DNA of 64,000 nt from Mobula hypostoma. Taxonomy: Eukaryota. Both the position numbers and the translations under genes were made by a program. The DNA is taken from positions 57,972,001-58,036,000 of the forward strand of contig NC_086097.1 in the NCBI RefSeq assembly GCF_963921235.1, read 5' to 3'. How positions within the stretch are numbered: position 1 is the stretch's first letter; the number at the start of each line of letters is the position of its first letter. Below the pieces are notes generated by a model. It searched no databases, was not told the DNA's origin, and was given only the letters and a program-made list of their open reading frames with translations. Shown in pieces: positions 11,651-24,254 of this stretch.

Positions 11651-12458
11651 GGGGGTGGTAATGGGGTAAGCTGTCGTCCTTGTTAGGTCGCATCTGGAAT
11701 TTCCAGTTGGTGGATGGTTTCCTTCCACGCCGCTCTGACACATTGGGAAATCATGTTCGCGGCAGGTTACAGCAGTGGTTTGCCTTTGCCTTCTGCCGGG
11801 TGAGTTTAAAGAGATCACTACTTCTTGCAGTGGATGGCCAGGACGTCTAAGTGCCTTGTCGTGCTCTTAGCACGCTTGCTGGCCTGCCTTCTTGACCGTT
11901 AGACCATTAATAGCTGTCACTACCTATTAAATACTTCCAATGGCGTGCACCTCAAGTAGCCTTTGACAAGAAAGTCAAGCTCCTGGTTTTCATGGGTGGC
12001 TTAGCTACTGAGCCCCGTGGATCTGTTTCTACTGACAGCAGAAGGGGCAAAGGTGGGTTACTGGCACCATAAAACTAGTCGCTTTGGGCAGATGGGGCTC
12101 ATCAGCCATGGTTGGCAGCTCATCTAGAAAGAAAACTCTGATCTCAAACCTCCATTGCATGTGGCCATACCCACTCAAAGGGAAGGCTTCGGGAGTAAAC
12201 CCCAAGGGAAAAACTCTGGAGCTGGAGTCTCTAAGGCAGTCCTACATTGAGTTCAATGCTGACTGGCAACTCCTGTGATATTACTGGTACCCAACTGTAT
12301 CAGTCTCTGCTGTTTCTTTTGGTTCGTCAAATGCATGGGAGAGAGGGAGGTTGTTACATGGGCAACAGCTTGCTCTCCATATCGTACTGCCCAGGATTGC
12401 ATATCTAGACACCTGGGACGCAATATCCATGGCCAACTTTGACTGATGCAGGCCCTCA
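11651..12458 (+). mobile_element. Non-autonomous non-LTR element (RTE/Vingi-like UTR motifs) with an inner insertion at 11676-11911
   Basis: GGCAGCTCATCTAG..GAAAACTCTGATCTCAAACC motif. The inner insert has 7-bp TSD AGCTGTC (11669-11675, 11912-11918) and an antisense RTE-like CAGTGGTTTGCC.TTGCCTTC motif. Confidence 0.5.
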
Positions 12459-12459
12459 C

Positions 12460-12848
12460 TAGCCTCAGTAGTATCCAGGGCATCTTCATAGAACGAAGCT
12501 GATGTCCATCATTAAGGACCACCAACACCCAGTTCATGCCTTGTTCTCATTGTTACCATCAGAAAGGAAGCATGAAAGCCTGAAGGCAGACACTCAATGA
12601 TTCAGGAACAGCTTCTTCCTGTCTGCCATCCAATTTTTGAATGGACATTTAAACCATGAATACTGCCTCACAACTTTTTTATTTCTACTTTTTGCACTGC
12701 CTATTTACCTTAACTAGTTAATACACATATACTTACTGTAATTCAGTTTTTGTTCTCTATTATTGTGAATTGTATTGTAGTGCCTCTGCAAAGACAAAAA
12801 TTTCACGACATATGCTGATAATATTAAACCTAATTCAGATTCTGATTC
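12460..12848 (+). mobile_element. Rex1/Babar-like 3' fragment
   Basis: SIIKDHQHPVHALFSLLPS...FRNSFFLSAIQFLN; (GATTCT)n tail. Confidence 0.8.
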
Positions 12849-13905
12849 AAGAAACACAACAGAATCAATGAAAGGCCGCACCCAACAGAACTGACAACAA
12901 CCAGTGTGCAAAAGAAAAGCCAACTAACTGTGCAAATACAAAAAGGAAAGTAAAAAGAAGAAATAATAATGATAATAAATACATAAGCAATAAATACTGA
13001 GATCATGAAATGAACAGTCCTTGAAAGTGAGTCCATTCCAGTGAGAACAATTCAGTGATAGGACGAGTGAAGATATCCCCTCTGATTCAAGAGCTTGATG
13101 GTGGAGGAGTAATAACGGTTCCTGAATCTTGTGGTGTGGTTCATGAGGCTTCTGTACCTTCCTCCTGATGGCAGCAGCGAGAAGGGAGCATGGCCTGGTT
13201 GGTGAGGTCCTTGAAGATGGTTGCTGCTTTCCTGCAACAACACTATTATGTAGATGTGCTCAAAAGTGGGGAGGGCTTTACCCATATCCACTACCTTTTC
13301 TAGGTTTTTCTGTACAAGGGCATTGGTGTTTCCATAGGAGGCTGTGACACAACAAGTCAATATACTCTCCACCACTCATATATAGAAGTTTATCAAAGTT
13401 TTAGATGACAAACTGAATTTCTGCAAACTTCTCAGAAAGTAGAGATGCTGCCATTCTTTTTTTTGTATTGGCCTTTACATGCTGGACCCAGGACAGATCC
13501 TCTGAAATGATAACATGGAGGAATTTAAATTTGCTGACCCTCTCCACTTTTGATTCCCCCGATGTGGTCTGGCTCATGGATTTCAGGTCTCCTGAAGCCA
13601 ATAATTACCTCTTTGATGCTGCTGATATTGCGTGAGGTTGTATTGTGGCACCACTCAGCCAGATTTTCAATCTCCTTCCTCTATCCTGATTCATCACCAC
13701 TCTTGATTTGGCCAACGACAGTGGTGTTGTTGGCAAATTTAAATATGGCATTGGAACTGTGCTTAGCCTCACAGTAATCGATATAAAGCAAGTAGAGCAG
13801 GGAGCTAAGTACACAGTCTTGTGGTTCACCTGTGCTTAGGAAGGTTGTGGAGGAGTTGGTTGGTGATTGATGGTGCATTGGACAGCATAAAGAGCTACTG
13901 ATGCA

Positions 13906-14578
13906 TTTAGATTATGAGAATACTTAGTCCTTTTTTATTGTCATTTAGAAATGCATACATGCATTAAGAAATGATACAATGTTCCTCCAGAGCGCTATCA
14001 CAGAAAAAGGGACAAACCAAAGACTAACATTGACAGAACCACATAATTATAACATATAGTTACAGCAGTGCAAAACAATACCATAATTTGATAAAGAACA
14101 GACCATAGGCACGGTAAAAAAAAAGTCTCAAGTCCTGATCGACTCCCGAGTCCCCGATAGCAGGCGGCAAAAGGGAGAAATTCCCTGCCATAAACCTCCA
14201 AGGCACTGACAACTGCTGATGCCTTGGAAGCAGCCGAACACAGCCGACACCGAGTCCGTCCATCCAAAAACTTCGAGCCTCCGACCAGCCCCTCTGATAC
14301 AGCCTCCCGAGTGCCTTCTACCTAGCCCCGGCTGCCGAAACAAGCAAAGCCGAGGATTTAGGGCCTTCTGCTTCGGAGATTCCGGTTACCACATAGTAGC
14401 AGCGGCAGTGAAGCGGGCATTTCAGAAGTTTCTCCAGATGTTCCTCCATATTCTCACGTCTGTCTCCATCAAATCAGAATTGTGCACGGTCCCCTACTTG
14501 ACAGATTACAGATATCATTCACCGGAGAGGCCGCATACGCTGCTTCGCGCCACCATCTTCTCCTCCTCCTCATTTTGA
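13906..14578 (-). mobile_element. Non-coding non-autonomous retroelement (SINE-like, GC-rich head)
   Basis: 7-bp TSD TGATGCA at 13899-13905 and 14579-14585. Minus strand starts GAGGAGGAGGAGAAGATGGTGGCG; AATAAA and a short TCTAAA tail at the 3' end; no credible ORF. Confidence 0.6.
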
Positions 14579-15952
14579 TGATGCACTCAATTATCACTCC
14601 AGTGAAGCTACTTTACGTCTTATCACGTTGCATCCAGAATCTCATTGGCATCAACCTATTCTCACCACCTTCTGAAGCTGCAGAACATCTTTTCTCCTTC
14701 CTATCTTTTCCATCAAGGCTTTCAATATTTATGGAACCCTCTGAGATATCCAAGTCAGACTGGCTGCAGTCAACCAGTTCAGTCACAATGTTATCTGCAG
14801 ACAGGCTTAAAATAGACCACAGGCATAGCTGCAGGAGTTCTACAGGGCAAGTCCAAGACTCAATTATCTTCATTTGTTTCAATGATCTTTCAATGCTTGG
14901 TATTCAATGGCACAGCTGTTGTTGAATTTCCCATCACCAGTGTTAGGGAAACTACAAAAAAATATTGTGGTTGCAAGAACAGATAAGGAGCTGGGTATGC
15001 TTTAGTGAATGCCTCATCTCCCAATACCTCAGTGGATGCAAGACACAAATCAGGAGCAGAATGAAGTACTCTCTTCTTGCCTGGATGAGTGCAGCTCCAA
15101 CATAGAATATAGAATAGTGCAGCACATTACAGGGCCTTCAGCCTACAATGTTGTGCCGACCCTCAAACCCTGCCTCCCATATAACCCCCCCCCCATATAA
15201 CATCAATTAAAACTCAGCACCTTCAAGGATGAAAACAACATGTTAAATTGTCGTCCCATTCAACATACTAAAAATCAACTTTCTTCACCACTGGGGCATT
15301 GCTATATACAAATGTACTATCCTGACTTGGAATTATCTTGCTGGTCTACTCTAAATCCTGCCCAATAACAATGTGTGCGAAACTTCAACAGAATGGTTGC
15401 AAAAGTACAAGAAGGTAGCTTACCACTGTTTCTGCAAAGGCCGTTATCAATTATGAATGCTCATCTTGTCAGAAATACCCATAACCCATTTAAAATAAAA
15501 TGAGATATTTTTTCTGGGGTGGATCAGATTGCCCTTGGAACATTTTCATAATTACTGTGTGGCCATGCACTAGCACCTTTTAAACAACCATTGATACGAA
15601 ATATTATAGTGTGTGGTGAATTATTTTGCAAAATTGGCTACATTAAAAATATTTTTGAAAGACTTTCATTCATTTCCTAGCAACCAAGAAATGCAGCACT
15701 GCCACAGCAAATCTGTAATGACATACTATGCATGCGAGATTTTATTTAATCTTCCTCTCTAATACATTATACTAAGAAATATTTTTAATAAAGTTTCAAA
15801 TCAACAGTGAAGATATAGTAACCTGCGACAGTGAAAGAAAAAAAAACCCTGTCTATTATTAAAGTTGTGCTTCTTCAAATATTTTCACTTATCCTTCTAC
15901 TCTTCTAAATGGATTAATTAACCTTAAGAATGTTAGGTAGAATACGAACAGT

Positions 15953-16074
15953 GGGTCTCGGCCCGAAACGTCGACTGTACCTCTTCCTAGAGATGCTGCC
16001 TGGTCTGCTGCGTTCACCAGCAACTTTGATGTGTGTTGCTTGAATTTTCAGCATCTGCAGAATTCCTCGTGTTT
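15953..16074 (+). mobile_element. Penelope pseudo-LTR 3' fragment with the 3' half of a hammerhead motif
   Basis: GGGTCTCGGCCCGAAACGTCGACTGT followed by sequence matching the PLE 3' ends. Confidence 0.85.
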
Positions 16075-16427
16075 AAGTCAAAGGCACTGATGGTGCAGTT
16101 CCATGGCAGAGAATGTACTCTCATTTTTTGTTATCTGAGTGATCCATGGACACTACCTCATTGTTCCCGTTTCGCAGAGTTTACTTATTTTGTGATTTTT
16201 AGATTTTTATGTTTTTGCATTGTGCTGCTGTTGTAAAACAACACATTTCACATGACATTTCAGTGATAAATAAATCCGATTCTGATTCAGGTAATCCTAA
16301 ATGTTGAATATCAATAACTTTTCAATTAAATAAATTACCTTCAGCACCTCTGAGTATTTTTTGCAGTCTAGGAAACCTTGCTGGTCTTCATTTTAAAAAA
16401 TGACACCGGAGATAAATTCTAGCTCAG

Positions 16428-16700
16428 ATGGTAGTGTAGTGGTTCGTGCAATCGCTTTGCAGCACCAGTGATCACTGATCGGGGTTCACCGCTGTCTTCA
16501 AGGAGTTTGTACGCTCTCCCTGTGACACCGTGAGTTTCCTCTGGGTGCTCCGGTTTCCCTCCACATTCCAAAAACATGCAGCTAAGGTTAGCGAGTTGTG
16601 AGTTGGTGCTGGAGGAGTGCCCCCAAAACATTGCAAATGATGACACAAATGACGCATTTCACTGTATGTTTCGATGTACGTGTCATAAATAAAGCTAATT
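16428..16700 (+). mobile_element. tRNA-headed V-SINE-like element
   Basis: A-box-like GGTAGTGTAGTGGT, B-box-like GGGGTTCA, V-domain-like GGAGTTTGTACGCTCTCC...GGGTGCTCCGGTTTCCCTCCACATTCCAAA, and an AATAAAGCTAAT tail. Confidence 0.75.
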
Positions 16701-19464
16701 AGTGTCAGCAATAATAGTTCAATTGAAATAGCATCTCTATATATCTAAATGTCTGCTGTGTTTTACGCTAATGTTCGAAACCTAATTAACACTGAGTCAT
16801 GGAAGGGATGTCAAGTTTGTTGATTTTAAGGAGCACCGCACAGGAGGAAAGAGCTGAATATAGTTAGGGAGGACATGGACAGTCAAAGGCTCTGATGTCA
16901 ATGATGGAATGCTTAAATTTAGGAATGAGCAAGTAGAGGAAGATATAGGGCTGGCGGAGATTGAAGAGGTAGGAAGGGGTGATACTTTTGGAAGGACCTA
17001 AATACCCAATGAAGATTTTAAGTATTGCTTAAATAGGGACTTAAGGAGGTCAGCAAGCATATGGTAGGCCAACTGGATACAGGACAATGTGTTGGATGAG
17101 TTTTTGGAAACAGAATGAGGGAAACCAACCAGGAGTACATCGGAATGGATAAGTCTGGCATTATGAAAAACGCTAATGAGGATATCCTATGGCAGCTGAA
17201 GCAGGGAAAGTTATGGCAATGACGAAGAGCTGGCAGCAAACGATTATGATGATGGTGTAAATATCTAATTTGAAGATGGTCACAGGATCAAGCATGATGG
17301 AAGCGTTACAGTCTCTTTCAGTTTCTGGGAGTGTCGTGGATAGTGGGATTTGGTGCAGGGTAGGCTTGTAGTCATGAGAGTTTGGAAAACTGAAAGGTGA
17401 TCTCACTGAAACTTAAAATGAAATCTTCCACAGAGGATCTTTCCAACGGCCCAGCAGTCTACAGCCAGGGGTCATGGTCTCAGAATGTAGCACTGAGAGG
17501 GTGGTGAGCAATCTACACTGAAGGCCCACAGAAGATCAGTTCAGTCAGAGATTTCTGAATATTTATGGAATTCAGGGATAAGAGGAATGTGCAGGAAATG
17601 ATATTGAGATGGAAGATCAGTCATAGTCTATTTCTTATGCTCTGGGGATGAATTCACAGTCTACACTTTTTTTTAATGAGATAAAAAGTCCTGGAATCAG
17701 CAGGTCAGGCCATATATGTGTAGAAAGAAAAAGAATTCTGAGGCAGCTGATCAGCAGAGCTGCTAAACTGCAGTATTTTACTGATTAATACTGTTTTGCC
17801 CTGAGTTTGCTTGTTTACAGTACCTCTATCAAGGATTGACTGAATTCTTTCTATGAAAGATGAGATGTTTGAACCAGAGATATTCTGCCTGTACTGTGAA
17901 TGTCTCAGACTGATTTTGTGTACTTTTGTAACAGTAACTCTGATATCATTATTTTGCATAGATTTTAATGGAGAATGCAATAAATGATTAACTATCCATG
18001 TGAAAGGTAATGACTGATAAAGCCCAAGGCTGGTCTGCCATTTTAGATTTGTCTCCCAATGTGCATGCACCTCTTTCAAATGTCTGATAAATATTTTAAA
18101 TTCTGTTTTTAACATCATGGAAAGAGGCTGGAACGTTGAGAACTATGGGGGAGTTACAGAGAGTTGCAGACTATTCATCTCTCATTTTTGCGTTTTGGAG
18201 TCTGTGCTGTGATAAAACACACAGTCTCCTATCTCAGCCTTCTGCATGGTAATGCTGAAGGTTAAAACTCTGCAGAGATTTTTATCTCTTTCTGCACAGA
18301 TAACTTTGAAAGTGATCTAAATGGATTCTGCAGCTAACTAGATTGATTTTCCTCGTGTAAAATAATGGCACATTTGCAATATAGCATCTGGGAAAGCTTT
18401 TAAATAGAATTGTGCAAAAGCAATCTCTCTCTCCAATCACAGATAAAAAAGTTAGAAGTCAGTTAATTGCCACCTGTCATTACGAACTGAAAGGCAATTT
18501 GTGTTAGCCAGCTAATATTATCCTCTGTTTTTTTAAATTAAATAAAAAGGCAACTATCTCCAGCTTTCCTTGACTGATAATGAAGAGGGTCATGATAAAT
18601 CTGATTTTTGAAACCCACCATGTGGAAAATTGTCAGTAGTGGAAATGAGCCAGAAGATTTAAGGATATTTTTCAAATAAAAGCTGACAGTTGACATGATG
18701 GTGATGTACTGAGTTAATGTTGAAGCTGCCAAGCACAGCTGCTGTCTTTCCACAGTCAGACTTAGTTGAACAGTGCAGACCAAGGCTGGTCCTGTGTTTG
18801 GATAGATGACTGCCATTGTTTACCAGAAGCTTCAAGAGGCTGCTTAAGTAAACATAGTATCTGGGAAAATAATGCAATAGGGGTTCTTTGGTAAAGCAAT
18901 CATGTTAAGGCCCAGTCTAAACAAAGAACTTTCTGTTAAGATTTTGATACTTAACCCCCTAGTTCCCACAAATTTTTTGACTGTATTTTGGCTTTCCTTT
19001 TTAAAACTGTTTCCGTTATTATTGACAAGCTACTTGGTTTGTGGATAATTGGGCTGTTCCCCAAATACTGATAAAATACCTCTATTCCCACATAATAAAA
19101 ATCTTAATTTGTATAATCAACAGGTCAGTAGACCAGAGCAGTTTATGTTTTCCTTAATGACCAATTATCTAAGATTTACTTCTTCAATAAATTATGTTCT
19201 CATGATTACCAAATTTAATGGTCAGTTTAATATTGTGTCTATTATATGATTCCTTTTCTTTAGCCTGTCTCATGGAAAGTAGCTTTGTGTGGTGCAAAGA
19301 TGTGGAATAATTGCATTTTTTTCTCCTACAGTGATCCAATAGACTTACTGTATCATTTGCTGTCAGCTAATTAATTACAGTCTGGAAACTAAACCTGCAG
19401 TTTTCCTGATATGCAGTACCATACTAGATACTATTTTTAGTCACTGTTAAAGAATACTTTTAAG

Positions 19465-19805
19465 AAGAGTGACATTGATAAGGTGGATGGCCACAGTCTT
19501 TTCCCCAGGGTCGAAGAGTCTAAAACTAGTGGGCAGAGGTCAAAGGTGAGAGGGGAAAGATTGAAAGAGAGGCCAAGGAGTGGCATTTTTCACACATAGA
19601 CTGGTGGGTAAATGGAACAAGCTGCAAGACAAAGTGATAAAGGCAGGTGTGACTGCAATGTTTAAAAGACATTTCAACAGGTTCACAAATAGTAACTGTT
19701 TAGAAGGATATGGGCCAAATGCAGACAAAAAGGACTAGCTTAGGAAGACACCTTTGCTGGTAAGAATGGTCTGGGCTGAAGGGCCAGTTTCCCTATGACT
19801 CTAAG
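19465..19805 (+). mobile_element. Degraded CR1 3' end
   Basis: SLFPRVEESKTSGQR..FFTHRLVGKWNKL plus a CR1-like UTR. Confidence 0.75.
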
Positions 19806-20024
19806 AAAGTATTCAACTAAAGACATGGACTGCACATCATGGGTCAACTGTTAGAGACACAGACTACCAATTGGTGAAATTGCATTGGCCAATGAAGTGG
19901 ATAATGAGTGAGTGTGATTCACAATCAGCACTGTGCTGTACAGAAAACACAATGCATTTACATAGAGTCTAGAATGGAGAGGAAACTGAAGTTACAGCAA
20001 CCTCTCCCAATAAAAGAAGGGTAT

Positions 20025-20520
20025 ATAGAACATAGACCAGGACAACACAGGAACAGGCTCTTTGGCTCATGATATATGGGCTGACCATGATGCCAAATTG
20101 AACTAATCCCATCTGCCAGCACATAATCTCTTCATTCCCTGCATGCTGATGTGCCTGTCTGAATACTTCTTCATCTCCATTATTGCATTTGCTTCCACCA
20201 GCACCTCTGGCAGTGTACTCCAGCCACCTACCAGCCCCTGTGTTTCAAAAAAAGATTGCCACAGAAATCTCCTGTAAACTTTTCCCCTCTAATATTTGAC
20301 ATTTAAAGACTGGTGAAAAAGTATCTATCCTGTCTATGCCTCTTTATACATTTCTATTAGGCCTCTGCACGGTCTCTGACTTCCAGAGAAAACATTTATT
20401 CAGCCTCACCTTATAATAATACCATCTAATCCAGGCAGCTTCCCTGTGAAACTCTCTGCACCCTCTTCAAAGCCTACACAATTTGTGTGATGTGGTGACC
20501 AGAACTACACACGATCTCAA
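20025..20520 (-). mobile_element. Degraded CR1 3' end
   Basis: Antisense CR1 tail (ATAGAACATAGA) and remnants of the FWSP and RLPGL motifs. Confidence 0.7.
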
Positions 20521-21294
20521 CCAATGAGGTGCACACTAGTTTCTAAAATAAAAATTACAGTGAGTGGAGGACAGATAGACCTTTTTTGCATAAATTCAAT
20601 TGCAGTCGCTTACAAATGTATAGTTGCAAGCTTGTTTGATGGGAGAATTACTCAGCTAGCTATTCTCTGCCTGATAAAAAGTAACAAGAAATTTCAAATC
20701 CTGTTAGTGTGGGGAACTAAGTATGTATCATAATTGAATTTTATGCAATCTTATTCATTATAATGTGACTACTAAATCAACACCTACACACTAATAGACA
20801 CTTGTATTTTTATTATCCATCTATACTAATGAAGTTGATTACTGTTTAATCAAAACTATTCAAATGAATGCAGGCATTTTCTTTTTTTGGACGACTGGGG
20901 AATCAAGTGTTACGGGGACCAGGCTGGATTTGATGCCAAGAGCTGATCATCAGTGACCTTATAAAATGGGAGACCAGGCTTGAACTGCATGACCTACTCC
21001 TGTTTCTTTTCCCTTATGTTGCTAGAGCTTTGTAATATTTATTTACTGGGTCTAATGTTAGCTCTTCAACAGAACTCCCAAAGAGCAGGTGAATGGAGTC
21101 ATAGTGGTCATTAGAATGCAAAAAGAAAGCTCAAATGCTGAAGGTGAAATGGAGCCTGATAGCCAACTTCTTCTGCAAGATGGGTTGGTGACTTCTAATT
21201 TTTCATTTTAACACTTCTGTTTTTAAAACGAAGCAGATGGGTTTCTCAGGTTTCAAGAAACACAAGATCTGAAAGCAGATGAGAGTCATAGAAG

Positions 21295-21700
21295 ATTTAT
21301 AGAAACATAGAAAACCTACAGCACAATACAGGCCCTTCAGCCCTCAAAACTGTGCCAAACCTTAGAACTACCTAGGCTTACCCATAGCCCTCTATTTTTC
21401 TAAGCTCCATGTATCCATCCAGGAGTCTCTTAAAAGACCCTCTCGTTTCCACCTCCACCACCGCTGCCGGCAGCCCATTCCAAGCACTCACTACTCTCTG
21501 CATAAAAAACTTACCCCTGACATCTCCTCTGTACCTCCTTCCAAGCATTTTTAAATTATGCTCTCTCGTGCTAGCCATTTCAGCCCTGGGAAAAGCCTCT
21601 GACTATCTACACGATCAATGCCTCTCATTATCTTGTACACCTCTGTCAGGTCACCTCTCATCCTCCGTTGTTCCAAGGAGAAAAGGCCGAGTTCACTCAA
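21295..21700 (-). mobile_element. CR1 3' fragment
   Basis: LGLFSLEQRRMRGDL...FFMQRVVSAWNGLP; CATAGAAA tail. Confidence 0.9.
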
Positions 21701-22336
21701 CAACATGACTATGACATAAAAGGATGCTATTTGGCTCATTGTGTCTGAGCCAGTTGAAAAATACTTGACCAACCTGATTTGCCTTCCAACAGCAAGTTGC
21801 CGACCCTGCAAGATGCTTAACTGCAAATCTAAGCACGGTTTGAACGTGGTTAGCTTTCTGCCTCTACAACCCTTTAGGCAGTGAGTTCAAGACCCTTGCC
21901 ATTCTGTATGTGAAGCACTCTTTCTTTGTCTCCCCCCAATACTTATGTTGGTTATTTTAATGCATGCTCCCAGTTTTTGACATATTTGCTGGGGAAATAT
22001 ATCTTTCCTTGGTCCCTCTTAATTTTATACTCAAAGTCTTCCCAAAAATCCCTAGCTTATCCAATGGCTCCAATTTTCTATTCTTTGCAACATCTTTGGA
22101 AAAGTGCCTTGAACCAATCCCTGTGCTGCCACATTTTTCCTTGCTAGAGTTGTATGCAGCACTCAAACTGTAGCTAATACTAATATTTAACTAGTGTTAT
22201 GAGCCATGCAGTATAACCTCCTTGATCTTACTCTCTATGCTTCAAATAATAAAAGAAGGAATCCCATGCCATTCATGTACTTTTACATATGGCCCATATA
22301 ATCTTCTACGTGCTAAGGAATACAGTCCTAACCTAT

Positions 22337-22797
22337 TGTCGAAGAATTTTGTCGGCAATTTACTGTAAGAGACTTTACCCCGTTATCAAACGGAAATAAA
22401 GATACAGACCTCGGTGTTTGGTTAACCCTTTAATATGTGATCATGGACAGCCGTTCCAAGGATCTGCCATCTTTAATTCATGCAGTAAATTTTCATCAAT
22501 AGCCAATAGCTAAACATACTTGGTTGGTGATTTCAAGAAACGCTTGTTAGGTATCAGCCAGTCTACAAATGTTTCCTCATGGTGCACAGAATTAGAACAG
22601 CATATCCACATTCACTTCCTCTGTTAGCCAGACAGACTCAGAAGAAGGTTAGCAATACCTCATTATTAGCAAAAATCTATTGTTCGCTGGGGCTAGGCAA
22701 GACTGAGTCTGTGTCTGATCCTGTCTCCCTCATGACCTAAATCTTAGACAATACTTAACTAGTCAAGCTTGACAACAAAATTTAATTTTCTTCCACA
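22337..22797. mobile_element. Solo LTR (461 bp)
   Basis: TG...CA ends; terminal inverted match TGTCGAAGAA/TGTGGAAGAA; perfect 5-bp TSD CCTAT at 22332-22336 and 22798-22802, inside a CR1. Confidence 0.8.
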
Positions 22798-24254
22798 CCT
22801 ATTCAATCTTTCCTTATAACTCAGGTCCTCGTAAATTTTCTCTTTACTTTGTCAACCTTGTTTACATCTTTCCTGTAGGTAGGTGACCAAAACTGCATAC
22901 AATACTCCAAATTAGGCCTTACCAAAGTCTTATTCAACTTCAACACAACATCCCACCCCCTGTACTCAATGCTGTGACTTATGAAGGCCAATGTGCCAAA
23001 AGCTTTCTTTACAACCCTGTCTACCTGTGATGCCACTTTCAATGAATTATGGACCTGTATTCCCAGATCCATTTGTTCTACCACACTCCTCAGTGCCCTC
23101 CTGTGTAAGATCTACCCTGGTTGGTCCTACCAAAGTGCAAAACCTCACACTTGTCTGCATTAAATTGCATCTGCTATTTTTCAGCCCATTTTTTCAGCTG
23201 ATGCAGGTTCTTCTGCAAGCCATGACAGACTTCCTCACTGTCCACTACTCCCCCAATCTTGATTCCACAAATTTGCTGATCCAGTTAACCACATTATCAT
23301 CCAGAGGTGACAAATAAGAACAGACCCAGCACTGATCCCTGTGGCACACCACTAGTCACAGGCCTCCAGACAGAGAGGCAACCATCTACTACCACTCCCT
23401 TGGGTCTCTCACCCAATGGCGAATCCAATTTACTACCTCATCTGGAATGCCGAGCGACTGAATCTTCTTGACGAACCTCCCATACAGGACCTTCTCAAAT
23501 GACTTGCTAAAGTCCATTCTCTACCTTACCTACATACACTTCCCTGGTAACTTCCTCAAAAACGCTACAAGATTGGTTAGACATGACCTACCATGCACAA
23601 AGCCATGCTGACTATCCTTAACCCGTCCATGTCAATCCAAATACCTATATATCTGGTCTCTTAGAATACCTTCCAATAACTTTCCCACTACTGATATCAG
23701 ACCCGGTGGCCTATAATTTCCTGGTTTATGTTTAGAGATTTCTTAAAACAGCGGAACAACATTGATAATCCTCCAATCCTCTGGTACCTCTCCTGTTGCT
23801 AAGGATGATTTAAATATCTGTGAGGGCCCCTGCAATTTTGTATGCCTCTTGTAGGGTGGGAGGGGACAGCTTGTCAGGCTCTGGGGATTTATCCACCCTG
23901 ATTTGCCTCAGGATAACAAACACCCCCTCCTCTGTAATCTGAACAGGGTCCATGAAGTTGATGTCTCTTTGCCTCACTTTGAGAAACTCTGTGTCCATCT
24001 CCTGAGTAAATACAGATACAAAAAATATATATATTTAAGATCTCCTCCATCTTTTTTGGCTCCACACATGGCTTACCATTCTGATTTTCCAGAGAACCAA
24101 TTTTGTTCCTTGCAATCCCTTTGCTCTCAATATATGCCAGAATCACAATCAGGTTTAAAATCACTGGCATATGTCAGAGATTCAAGACTCAAAGATTCGA
24201 GCACATTTATTATCAAAGATTGTATAAATTATGCATCTTGCTCAGAGAAAGAGA

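Larger units (their letters stand above)
11557..13880 (-). mobile_element. Rex1/Babar-like LINE interrupted by insertions at 11651-12848
   Basis: Minus-strand pieces TGEPQDCVLSSLL, IFKFANNTT and ESILTCCVTASYGN...LLPSGGRYRS. (TTTGAAC)n tail at ~11557-11572. Confidence 0.85.
6812..14960 (-). pseudogene. Scattered remnants of a probable Harbinger Myb/SANT-like second gene (pieces ~14590-14960, ~11060-11556, ~10400-10570, ~6812-6870)
   Basis: Minus-strand pieces read NTGDG...AIEYQALK (TGGG-like motif), an acidic stretch DNIVTELVDCSQSDLDISE, coiled-coil-like LPQIFEQTSDMMDNFVQAL and TQAIQHLSAAVEEQ, then DSAVLAQDD and GALRPKAA. Convergent with the HARBI1-like remnant. Identified from recalled family patterns only. 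Confidence 0.4.

Noticed and set aside
11935..12050. Possible HDV-like ribozyme at the 5' end of the 11651-12458 element
   Set aside because: CTCCTG and CTGACAG are suggestive, but I could not build P1, P3 and P1.1 from this degraded copy. A consensus would be needed.
14666..14794. 129-nt, frame-preserving exon-like segment on the minus strand (CTGCAG|AT...GTG|GTGAGA; DNIVTELVDCSQSDLDISEG...)
   Set aside because: No recognisable host protein and a weak acceptor. It is better explained as part of the degraded Harbinger Myb/SANT-like gene, though a host exon is not fully excluded.
16428..16495. tRNA-like A and B boxes
   Set aside because: This is the head of a V-SINE; no cloverleaf can be formed.
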